From: a virus
Taxonomy: Duplodnaviria; Caudoviricetes
Direction: 5' to 3' (one strand)
Virus record (IMG/VR): IMGVR_UViG_3300014169_000016
Location: 1 to 32,810 of that record
Length of the DNA: 32,810 nt
Within the stretch, counting starts at the first letter, position 1. Each line of letters opens with the position of its first letter. The translations under genes were made by a program, and so were the position numbers. The notes beneath the pieces are model-generated. The model was not told the DNA's origin. It did not search any database and saw nothing but the letters and a program-made list of their open reading frames with translations. This document shows, piece by piece, positions 26,279 to 32,810 of this stretch.

Positions 26279-27307
26279 GTGAAAAAACTCTTCGCCTTCG
26301 CCGTTCTATTCCTGCTGGCCTTGCCGCTCGCCGCTCAGACGCCGCAAGCCATCCAATGCGCGAAGCTATCTCCTGCGGGTGCCGGAGCGTACCCAAGCCC
26401 GCAGGCCACTTACACGATGGGCTTCACATCGCAGGCGAATAATACGTGGGTACTGGCCGTCACGCCTGCGCCGACATTGACAGAGAACGGCAACTCGTGG
26501 GGAACCAACATCGCTCCGGGTCTCTTCATAGCTCCAACGCTCGGGGCCGCTGAATCCATCCAATTAGCCTATAACGGCACAACTTACGCCTCGGCTGTCC
26601 TCTGCGAGTATCCCGGACAACTTGTGGTGGATGCGGTAGGACAGGTTGCAACAGGCACGGCTCAATTGGCGCAATCCAACACGGTCGCGGCCACGGCAGG
26701 CGACATCGTAATCAACTACGGCTGGCAATCCACATCAAACTATCTGAGCTTCACACTTACTACTGGGTTCGCGGTTGAGCCGCCGACTACTAGTCTGTAC
26801 ATCGCTGACGAACTCGCAATGGCGAGCGGCACCGTTTCTGCCGGAGCAAATTGGTCTGGGGCTGTGAACTTCACGGAAGGAATCGTGGCGCTGAAGCAGT
26901 CAGTGCAGAACGTGACGCTGACTTTCGGGCCTGCGAAGACCATCAACGGCGACGTGTGCGCCAATATGGTGACTTTCGATGACGGCTCATCTATCTTCAG
27001 CGGGCAGCCTGCGCCGGAAAGCGTCATGCAGCTTCAGGGAAACGCATGGGTGAATATCGGGACTCCGGTCATCCAGCCTAACGGGCAAATCGTTGGCAGC
27101 GTGAGCCTCAACCCGAATTACACGGACGCAAATGGTCTCATCGAATTGCAACTGCTCGTGCAAACGATGCTGAATCTGCCTCCGGCGTCGGCTGTGCCTA
27201 TCGCACCATCCACATTGACGAACGGCCAGACCGGGCTTTGCGGCAGCTTCATCGTGTACAGGGCAACGGGGACGCCGAAGTACGAGACCTTTGGATTTAC
27301 GCCGTAG
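26279..27307 (+). CDS. beta-rich secreted-type/virion protein with signal peptide
   Basis: MKKLFAFAVLFLLALPLAA|Q; AAGGA RBS; GTG start. Confidence 0.8.
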   Translation: MKKLFAFAVLFLLALPLAAQTPQAIQCAKLSPAGAGAYPSPQATYTMGFTSQANNTWVLAVTPAPTLTENGNSWGTNIAPGLFIAPTLGAAESIQLAYNGTTYASAVLCEYPGQLVVDAVGQVATGTAQLAQSNTVAATAGDIVINYGWQSTSNYLSFTLTTGFAVEPPTTSLYIADELAMASGTVSAGANWSGAVNFTEGIVALKQSVQNVTLTFGPAKTINGDVCANMVTFDDGSSIFSGQPAPESVMQLQGNAWVNIGTPVIQPNGQIVGSVSLNPNYTDANGLIELQLLVQTMLNLPPASAVPIAPSTLTNGQTGLCGSFIVYRATGTPKYETFGFTP

Positions 27308-27336
27308 TGTAATGGATTACACCAGCCCCATTCCAA

Positions 27337-27537
27337 ATTAAGCTCCAACCCAGCAAATGCCGTTGCCCGAAAGCGACTCTCGGCTATTGCAACTTTTGTG
27401 CTGGGCCATTTCAACGGAAGCGAGCAGGGATAATGTTTTGCAGCAACCGTCACGCATGCGCGATGTGGAAGTTGGAGAACCAGAGAAAGTGGGCGAAGTA
27501 CATGAGACGGTATCGAAGCGCTGCCAGGGGTAAATGA
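27337..27537 (+). CDS. small zinc-finger-like protein without a canonical start
   Basis: IKLQPSKCRCPKATLGYCNFCAGPFQRKRAGIMFCSNRHACAMWKLENQRKWAKYMRRYR; TGA overlaps the next ATG (ATGA). Confidence 0.55.
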   Translation: MKLQPSKCRCPKATLGYCNFCAGPFQRKRAGIMFCSNRHACAMWKLENQRKWAKYMRRYRSAARGK

Positions 27538-27746
27538 GCAAGTTTGAGCAGGGCCGAGCCCCATCGAGCGGCCGGATGTTCTGCCCTGGATGCTGCGCTG
27601 TGTTGGCTGTACCGCTCGGCTTCGAAGTACCAGAAATTCTCAAATGCCCGAGCTGCGATGCGCAATGGGTATTTCTGAAGATGGCAAGGAATGAGATTCG
27701 CGCGCAGCTTAGCGCGGAGTATTCGTTGCGAGAGAAAACGGCATGA
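27534..27746 (+). CDS. zinc-ribbon protein
   Basis: CPGC...CPSC. Confidence 0.7.
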   Translation: MSKFEQGRAPSSGRMFCPGCCAVLAVPLGFEVPEILKCPSCDAQWVFLKMARNEIRAQLSAEYSLREKTA

Positions 27747-27854
27747 GCTTGCGGGTGCGGACGAATCTCCGAAAGGGGGAGCGTTGAAAAATTCGGCAAT
27801 TGGCGCTTCACACGTCCGGCCCGCAAGACAAATATCCAGGACTCCAAACCACAA

Positions 27855-28079
27855 ATGAGCGATACGAGCGACATATTCCGCAATGAAGTTTTGCGCATGC
27901 ACAACGAGAATAAGGCCCAACTGCAAGGCCTCTCGGACAAGTTAGATGCGATGCGTGAGGCGGTTCACAAGGAAACTACGGAGATGAAGGTCAACATCGC
28001 CATGCTTCAAGTGAAATGCGGCGTATGGGGCCTGCTCGGCGGGGCGATTCCGGTCGTGCTGTTCAAGTTGCTCAAATGA
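27855..28079 (+). CDS. coiled-coil protein with C-terminal TM segment (holin-like)
   Basis: Coiled coil followed by VWGLLGGAIPVVLFKLLK; upstream of the endolysin. Confidence 0.6.
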   Translation: MSDTSDIFRNEVLRMHNENKAQLQGLSDKLDAMREAVHKETTEMKVNIAMLQVKCGVWGLLGGAIPVVLFKLLK

Positions 28080-28321
28080 ACGTTCTCGGCGCGGCGCTGG
28101 AAAAAGCCTTTGCAACGCAGACAGGTGGGCGATCTGGCCAGATGCGGCGCGCTGAAATACCACAAGAATGGCGTGGAATCGGCGTCCTTTATGCAAAGGA
28201 TGCAGGAGAGACGGTTGAGTTCCGCGTGCTTTATGAAAGTCACATCCCGCAAGAAATTAAAGACTTTGTAGCGCAGCTTTTTGGATGTGGCGCTATCGAA
28301 TGGAACGTGGCACCCAAATGA
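28076..28321 (+). CDS. hypothetical protein
   Basis: ATGA overlaps at both ends. Confidence 0.65.
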   Translation: MNVLGAALEKAFATQTGGRSGQMRRAEIPQEWRGIGVLYAKDAGETVEFRVLYESHIPQEIKDFVAQLFGCGAIEWNVAPK

Positions 28322-28788
28322 ACCTCCTGCTTGTCCGCGGCCCCCAAGATCCCAATTCAACACCTGGCAGCCTGGCGGTGGATGGAATCTTCCAATGCCG
28401 CACCCTCGAACTACCAGTCAGGGATGGTCTACCCGGTTCAGCCATCCCAGCGGGGAAGTATCCAATTGTTCTGGCGCCATCGCCTAAGTTTATGGCCAGT
28501 ATGGACCCGTGGGTAAAGAGCTACGCTTCGCAGATGCCGCACATTCAGCCGATTCCCGGACGCTCGCTCATCATGCTGCACTGGGGGAATGTGCCGGAAA
28601 ATACGGATGGATGCGTGCTTGTGGGCCAGACGCGGCCGGCACCGGACGCGCTCGGCAACTCCCGCCCTGCCTTCGCAGCCCTTTTCATCGCCATACAAGC
28701 AGGAGTAAAGAACGGTGGATGCTGGATTGAGATTCAGGACGCGCAGAACAATTCAGAAGACGTTCAGGAGGCGGTGACAGCGACATGA
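28318..28788 (+). CDS. putative endolysin, DUF5675-family peptidase
   Basis: CRTLELP, AIPAGKY, IMLHWGN..ENTDGCVLVG. Confidence 0.82.
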   Translation: MNLLLVRGPQDPNSTPGSLAVDGIFQCRTLELPVRDGLPGSAIPAGKYPIVLAPSPKFMASMDPWVKSYASQMPHIQPIPGRSLIMLHWGNVPENTDGCVLVGQTRPAPDALGNSRPAFAALFIAIQAGVKNGGCWIEIQDAQNNSEDVQEAVTAT

Positions 28789-29018
28789 GCGACACTCAGA
28801 AGTCTCTTTGGACCGGCGCGCTGAAATCCGCAGTAGCGGCCGCTTGCGGGCTTGTGACCGGACTGCCCGCCATTGACCCTGAGCGTTTCAATGTCACCAC
28901 CTGGCAGGGAGCCTTGCGCATTCTGGCGATGATTGGATGGGTTGTGGTGATCGCGGAAGCACGTTTCTGGGATCAGTGGGCGCACAGCGGGAATGTGCCG
29001 CCTGACGCAAAGGGTTAA
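28785..29018 (+). CDS. holin-like membrane protein
   Basis: 77 aa with two hydrophobic segments; directly after the endolysin. Confidence 0.6.
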   Translation: MSDTQKSLWTGALKSAVAAACGLVTGLPAIDPERFNVTTWQGALRILAMIGWVVVIAEARFWDQWAHSGNVPPDAKG

Positions 29019-29021
29019 ATT

Positions 29022-29726
29022 ATAGCAAGCAGGGTAATAGCAGAAACGGCGGGAGCATCATCCGCCAGTGACCGTCTCTGGCTGGCCATAAAAGCCTCCT
29101 GCCTCATCGTGGTATCGGTGTTCGCCTGCATCTTTTTGCATGACCTGCACAAGTTAGCGGGGAAAGCGACCCTCACCGTTGAAAACGTCGATCGGGCTGC
29201 AATCGCAGCTGGCGCAGCAGCAGGGAATGTTGAGAAAGCGAGTCGAGCATGGCAGGACGCAAGCGAAGCGCAAACCAAGCTGGTAGCAAAAACCTTCATA
29301 AATGTAAACCGGGCTGTGGTGTCTGCGAATGTATTTCTGCGCTCCACCAACAAACAGTTGAACTCGCAGCTCTTGCCAGCCTTGTCGAACGCTGTAAATC
29401 AGCAAAACGAAGCTCTGCTCATAAACCAGCACCGGCTGGGCGACGATCTGTCACAAATCAGTCAAGCTACAACATCCCTGCAAGGGACGATCGCAGACGG
29501 GCAGGTAATTCTTACTGACCCGGCCATCAAGCAGAGCCTTGAAAACCTCGCCCTGGCCGCGCAGAATACGGCAGAAGGCACCAAGCAGTTATCTCTAACT
29601 GCCGAGGATACGAGACAAGTAGCCGACAAATTCCGGGAAACATATCTCAAGCCACAGAAGTTCGCCTGGGAACTGCTTAAATCCCTTGTAGGGATGGGTG
29701 GTAGCTTTGCACAAATGATTAAATAA
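29022..29726 (+). CDS. membrane-anchored coiled-coil protein (spanin-like); start uncertain
   Basis: Frame open from 29019; TM segment LWLAIKASCLIVVSVFACIFL begins upstream of GTG 29109; long helical region follows. Confidence 0.6.
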   Translation: MASRVIAETAGASSASDRLWLAIKASCLIVVSVFACIFLHDLHKLAGKATLTVENVDRAAIAAGAAAGNVEKASRAWQDASEAQTKLVAKTFINVNRAVVSANVFLRSTNKQLNSQLLPALSNAVNQQNEALLINQHRLGDDLSQISQATTSLQGTIADGQVILTDPAIKQSLENLALAAQNTAEGTKQLSLTAEDTRQVADKFRETYLKPQKFAWELLKSLVGMGGSFAQMIK

Positions 29727-29738
29727 AGGAGAAATAAA

Positions 29739-30194
29739 GTGAGTCTATTCAGTGGGTTCAAGTCCTTTTTTGAAAAAGTAGGGTCCGTGCTCGAAAAGTT
29801 CTTCGGTTCATCCTCAACAGAACAGAAGATCCAAGGGGCATTGACTGTCGTAGGGGCGGCTATTGTCACGATTACCAGCCTCGCAGCGGGGCCAGCAGCC
29901 TCCGCAGCGGTCTCCGGCATCATCAAGATGGTCCAGACGGACTACGCGACGTTCTGCGCAGTCGTACAGCAAGGTACTCCCGTACCAGGCTCTACAGCCG
30001 CTACTGCGGCCACTACGGCCCTCAATAGCCTGAAAGCCAATCTGACAGCCCTCCTGAGCGATGCAGGGGTCAAAAACTCTGCCAATGCGACCAAGATCGC
30101 CGATGAAGTAACCACGATAGTCAATGAACTAGAAGCTATCGAAGCCGCGATTGTGCCTGCTCCGGTTGCGCCAGCAGCCCCAGTAGCTTCGTAA
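29739..30194 (+). CDS. hypothetical membrane-associated protein
   Basis: AAGGAG RBS; amphipathic N-terminus plus a hydrophobic segment. Confidence 0.75.
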   Translation: MSLFSGFKSFFEKVGSVLEKFFGSSSTEQKIQGALTVVGAAIVTITSLAAGPAASAAVSGIIKMVQTDYATFCAVVQQGTPVPGSTAATAATTALNSLKANLTALLSDAGVKNSANATKIADEVTTIVNELEAIEAAIVPAPVAPAAPVAS

Positions 30195-30222
30195 CGGCCC
30201 CAGCTCCAAATCTTCTCACTGA

Positions 30223-30255
30223 AAGGCCCTGACTCCGCTGTTGAGTTAGGGCCTT
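30223..30255 (+). terminator. hairpin ending the late operon
   Basis: AAGGCCCTGACTC-cgctgtt-GAGTTAGGGCCTT; weak U tract. Confidence 0.6.
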
Positions 30256-30318
30256 CCTCGTGTTCCACAGCCTCGCACGTCTACTTCCATCTATTTTGTC
30301 TCCTAATGTCGTTTTACC

Positions 30319-30353
30319 TTGACAAGACCCTATAACAATCGTAGACTGTCTAC
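30319..30353 (+). promoter_or_regulatory. sigma70-like promoter with overlapping palindromic operator
   Basis: TTGACA-17 bp-TAGACT; palindrome GTAGAC-T-GTCTAC at 30341-30353. Confidence 0.7.
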
Positions 30354-30422
30354 ACATTAGGAGGAGTCATGGAGTTCGCCGTCGTTATAACGTGATGACC
30401 GGCGACACTCTTTAATTTTGTC

Positions 30423-30451
30423 TTGACAGGAGTCTACCAGTGATGTTGACT
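30423..30451 (+). promoter_or_regulatory. second sigma70-like promoter
   Basis: TTGACA-17 bp-TTGACT (imperfect -10); GTCTAC half-site in the spacer. Confidence 0.45.
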
Positions 30452-30457
30452 TCGGAT

Positions 30458-30607
30458 ATGGCTATGAAAACCACGCAGGTTAATGTGGCAATCGACGAAA
30501 AAACCAAGGCGGCACTGGCGAAGGCGGCCAAGGCCAAGAAGGTTTCGGTCGGTTGGATCGTGCGCGAGGCGATTGACAGATACCTCGCAGAACCAAAGGC
30601 GGCCTAA
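30458..30607 (+). CDS. ribbon-helix-helix (CopG/Arc-like) regulator
   Basis: MAMKTTQVNVAIDEKTKAALAKAAKAKKVSVGWIVREAIDRYL; too short for the ORF track. Confidence 0.85.
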   Translation: MAMKTTQVNVAIDEKTKAALAKAAKAKKVSVGWIVREAIDRYLAEPKAA

Positions 30608-30680
30608 ATCTCCATCTACTCTTAGACCGAAGTACCGCACGCAGGTACTTGGCGTACCAGTTTACTTACGGAGGCACGCG

Positions 30681-30947
30681 ATGATCGCCATTTCATCAAA
30701 GACAACGCTCAGTCTTTTGCAGTCCGTTAACCAGCACTCCTTCGACGGCACCCGTTACGTAGAAGCCTCGAACTACGAAGGAACCTGTTTCACCTGCTTC
30801 TGCGGAGAAAACTTCATAGACCTAAGCGATCTGTACGAACACATGCGAGATGAAATGCCAGAAAGGCAAGAAGACGGGCTAGGGAATGATGCTTTGCAGA
30901 ATCTGCTGGCGGCTGCGTATTCGACACTTTTGATTTCGGTGAGGTGA
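30681..30947 (+). CDS. hypothetical protein with zinc-finger-like motif
   Basis: GGAGG RBS; FTCFCGENF..LSDLYEHM. Confidence 0.7.
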   Translation: MIAISSKTTLSLLQSVNQHSFDGTRYVEASNYEGTCFTCFCGENFIDLSDLYEHMRDEMPERQEDGLGNDALQNLLAAAYSTLLISVR

Positions 30948-30991
30948 AGAGTTTTGTCCCAATCGATAAATCTACGAAGAGGAGAAACATC

Positions 30992-31885
30992 ATGCTGAAA
31001 ATAGTGAAGTCTTCTGAACCGCTGTTAGTCGAACGAATCAACATCTGCATTTACTCCCCGCCTGGACTAGGAAAGAGCACGCTGGCTTTCACCGCTGAAG
31101 CGCCGTTGATGTTCGACTGCGACGGCGGCGCTTACCGGGCAAAAAACCGCAAGGATACCGTCCCGGTCGAGAAGTGGGCCGACATCGCGGAGATGACAGC
31201 GGAGCAGCTTGCTCCATACAAGACGATCATCCTCGACACCGCGGGCCGCGCACTCGACTTCCTGAGCGCAGATATTATCGCCAAAAACCCGAAGATGGGT
31301 TTCGGCGGAGCACTCACTCTCCAAGGCTACGGCCAGCTAAAATCCCGCTTCTCGCAGTGGCTCAAGATGCTGCGCACATTCGGTAAAGATGTGGTGCTGA
31401 TTGCGCACATGGACGAGCAGCGCAACGGTGATGACGTGATCGAGCGCCTAGACGTGCAAGGCGGGTCGAAGGGCGAGATTTACAAATCCGTTGACGCAAT
31501 GGGTCGGTTGTTTCTGCGGGCCGGAGAACGCTACCTCGACTTCAATCCGCGCGAGAACTCATTCGGAAAGAATCCTTGCGAATTGCCGGTCATGCCTGCA
31601 CCGCTTGCCGAGACGCAAACCCTCGCCAACGTAATCGCCACGATCAAAGACCGGCTCAACAAGTCGGTGGAAGTGGCGAAGGCGGTAGACAACCAACTGC
31701 GAGATTGGGAAGTGGTTATCAGCGAATGCCGAGACGTGGCAGAACTGAACGCGCAACTCCCCGAGGTACGGAAGGCATCTGAGGCCGTCCGATTCTTGGC
31801 CCAGAAACGCGCCCACGAACTCCATGGAGTCTACAACCAAAAAACCGGGCTATATGAAGCTCAGAAGATGGCGAAGGCGGGCTAA
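30992..31885 (+). CDS. AAA-family ATPase (AAA_24 / Sak4-like recombination protein)
   Basis: IYSPPGLGKST, IILDT, VVLIAH; GAGGAG RBS before ATG 30992. Confidence 0.85.
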   Translation: MLKIVKSSEPLLVERINICIYSPPGLGKSTLAFTAEAPLMFDCDGGAYRAKNRKDTVPVEKWADIAEMTAEQLAPYKTIILDTAGRALDFLSADIIAKNPKMGFGGALTLQGYGQLKSRFSQWLKMLRTFGKDVVLIAHMDEQRNGDDVIERLDVQGGSKGEIYKSVDAMGRLFLRAGERYLDFNPRENSFGKNPCELPVMPAPLAETQTLANVIATIKDRLNKSVEVAKAVDNQLRDWEVVISECRDVAELNAQLPEVRKASEAVRFLAQKRAHELHGVYNQKTGLYEAQKMAKAG

Positions 31886-31888
31886 ATC

Positions 31889-32500
31889 ATGCTCAGCGCA
31901 TCCGTCAGCGACATCGATCTATACCGCACTTGGCGCAACAGCGAAGACCTTGACGTGAACTGGCTGTTGCGCCGGCTGCGCAAGGAAGAGCCGCCAACCC
32001 CGGCGATGGAAGCGGGTACCGCTTTCCATCAGATTCTCGAAAAGCCGGACTTCGAAGAGCAAACCGAACTGTTCACCGTCCTGAACGGCCAAGAGTATTG
32101 GTTCTCCATCGTTTGCGACATCGAAATTACTCTCCCGCGCATTCGTGAACTACGCGTCGAGAAGCAGTACGGAGATTTACTGGTGCGCGGGCGGGTCGAT
32201 GGCTTAGAAGCCTTGACAGTCACCGATTACAAGACAACTGGCCAGTTCGATCCTGATCGCCTCATGGAAGGCTACCAATGGCGGTTCTACCTCGACACAT
32301 TGAAATGCGACACGTTCATCTGGAAAGTTTTTGTGATCGACCAATTCGGCAAGCCGGGGCATTACGATGTGAAGCAGTTCCACGGATTGAAACAGCATCG
32401 CTATGCGGGGATGGGTGAGGACTGCCAACGCCTCGCAGCAGAGTACCTGCAATTCACGCAAGAGATTGGATTCGTGAAGGAGAAGGAAGTAGCAGCTTAA
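31889..32500 (+). CDS. PD-(D/E)xK (Cas4-like) exonuclease
   Basis: GTAFH, VRGRVD, DYKTT, YQWRFY. Confidence 0.8.
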   Translation: MLSASVSDIDLYRTWRNSEDLDVNWLLRRLRKEEPPTPAMEAGTAFHQILEKPDFEEQTELFTVLNGQEYWFSIVCDIEITLPRIRELRVEKQYGDLLVRGRVDGLEALTVTDYKTTGQFDPDRLMEGYQWRFYLDTLKCDTFIWKVFVIDQFGKPGHYDVKQFHGLKQHRYAGMGEDCQRLAAEYLQFTQEIGFVKEKEVAA

Positions 32501-32512
32501 CGACATTGGGGG

Positions 32513-32655
32513 CCGGTGAAAATGACACCCTTCACCGGATCGTAACTCCGCCAACCCGCGAGCGGACCCTGATTCGCGGGAAAAGTTTAGGTAAAGCGGA
32601 GTCGAGTCACAAGTCCTTCCCCGGATAAAGGACTCGGCTCCGCAAGGAGGAGTGA
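32513..32655 (+). ncRNA. candidate structured intergenic RNA
   Basis: Five perfect stems in about 140 nt, including a GCAA tetraloop. Confidence 0.5.
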
Positions 32656-32697
32656 ATGATAAATAGGGAATTACATACTTAACTCCCCTGGAGCGAA

Positions 32698-32810
32698 ATG
32701 ACTGATTTGAGAGCACCGTTTCCATGGTTTGGTGGAAAATCGAAGGTTACCCCTCTTGTTTGGGAACGTTTCGGCCACGTGCAGAATTACGTCGAGCCGT
32801 TCTTTGGAAG
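32698..32810 (+). CDS. DNA adenine methyltransferase, Dam-like (truncated by window end)
   Basis: MTDLRAPFPWFGGKSKV...YVEPFFG. Confidence 0.88.
   Translation, partial: MTDLRAPFPWFGGKSKVTPLVWERFGHVQNYVEPFFG

Noticed and set aside
30483-30680. N-terminal part of track ORF 30483..30947
   Set aside because: Overlaps the RHH gene in another frame; a GGAGG RBS supports ATG 30681
31889-32500. CRISPR-associated Cas4
   Set aside because: No cas genes, array or Fe-S cysteine set; context is a phage recombination module

Overview
Roughly 33 kb of a tailed, podovirus-like phage or prophage with P22-type head architecture; essentially all genes are on the + strand. Gene order: two LuxR-type HTH genes; an amber-interrupted HNH-like domain; a non-autonomous IS200/IS605 tnpB element; a GIY-YIG gene disrupted by a second, orphan TnpB omega-RNA; terS and terL; small genes including HiPIP-like and GroES-like proteins; portal, scaffold, coat and head-tail proteins; an acyl-carrier-protein + GNAT pair; ejection proteins; a run of tailspike/fibre/decoration proteins; a lysis cassette; and the start of an early region (RHH regulator, AAA/Sak4-like ATPase, PD-(D/E)xK nuclease, structured intergenic RNA, Dam-like methylase cut by the window end). 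The four most notable observations are: (1) five apparent virion proteins carry Sec signal peptides cleaved at A|Q and have even numbers of cysteines, suggesting export and disulfide folding outside the cytoplasm; (2) an ACP-GNAT pair sits directly before the pilot protein, suggesting virion protein acylation; (3) one TnpB is accompanied by two omega-RNAs with different guides; (4) several structural genes appear to start at non-AUG codons. All family assignments come from motif recognition by eye; no searches were run. The host is unknown; an Acidobacteriota-like diderm is a guess from signal-peptide style.
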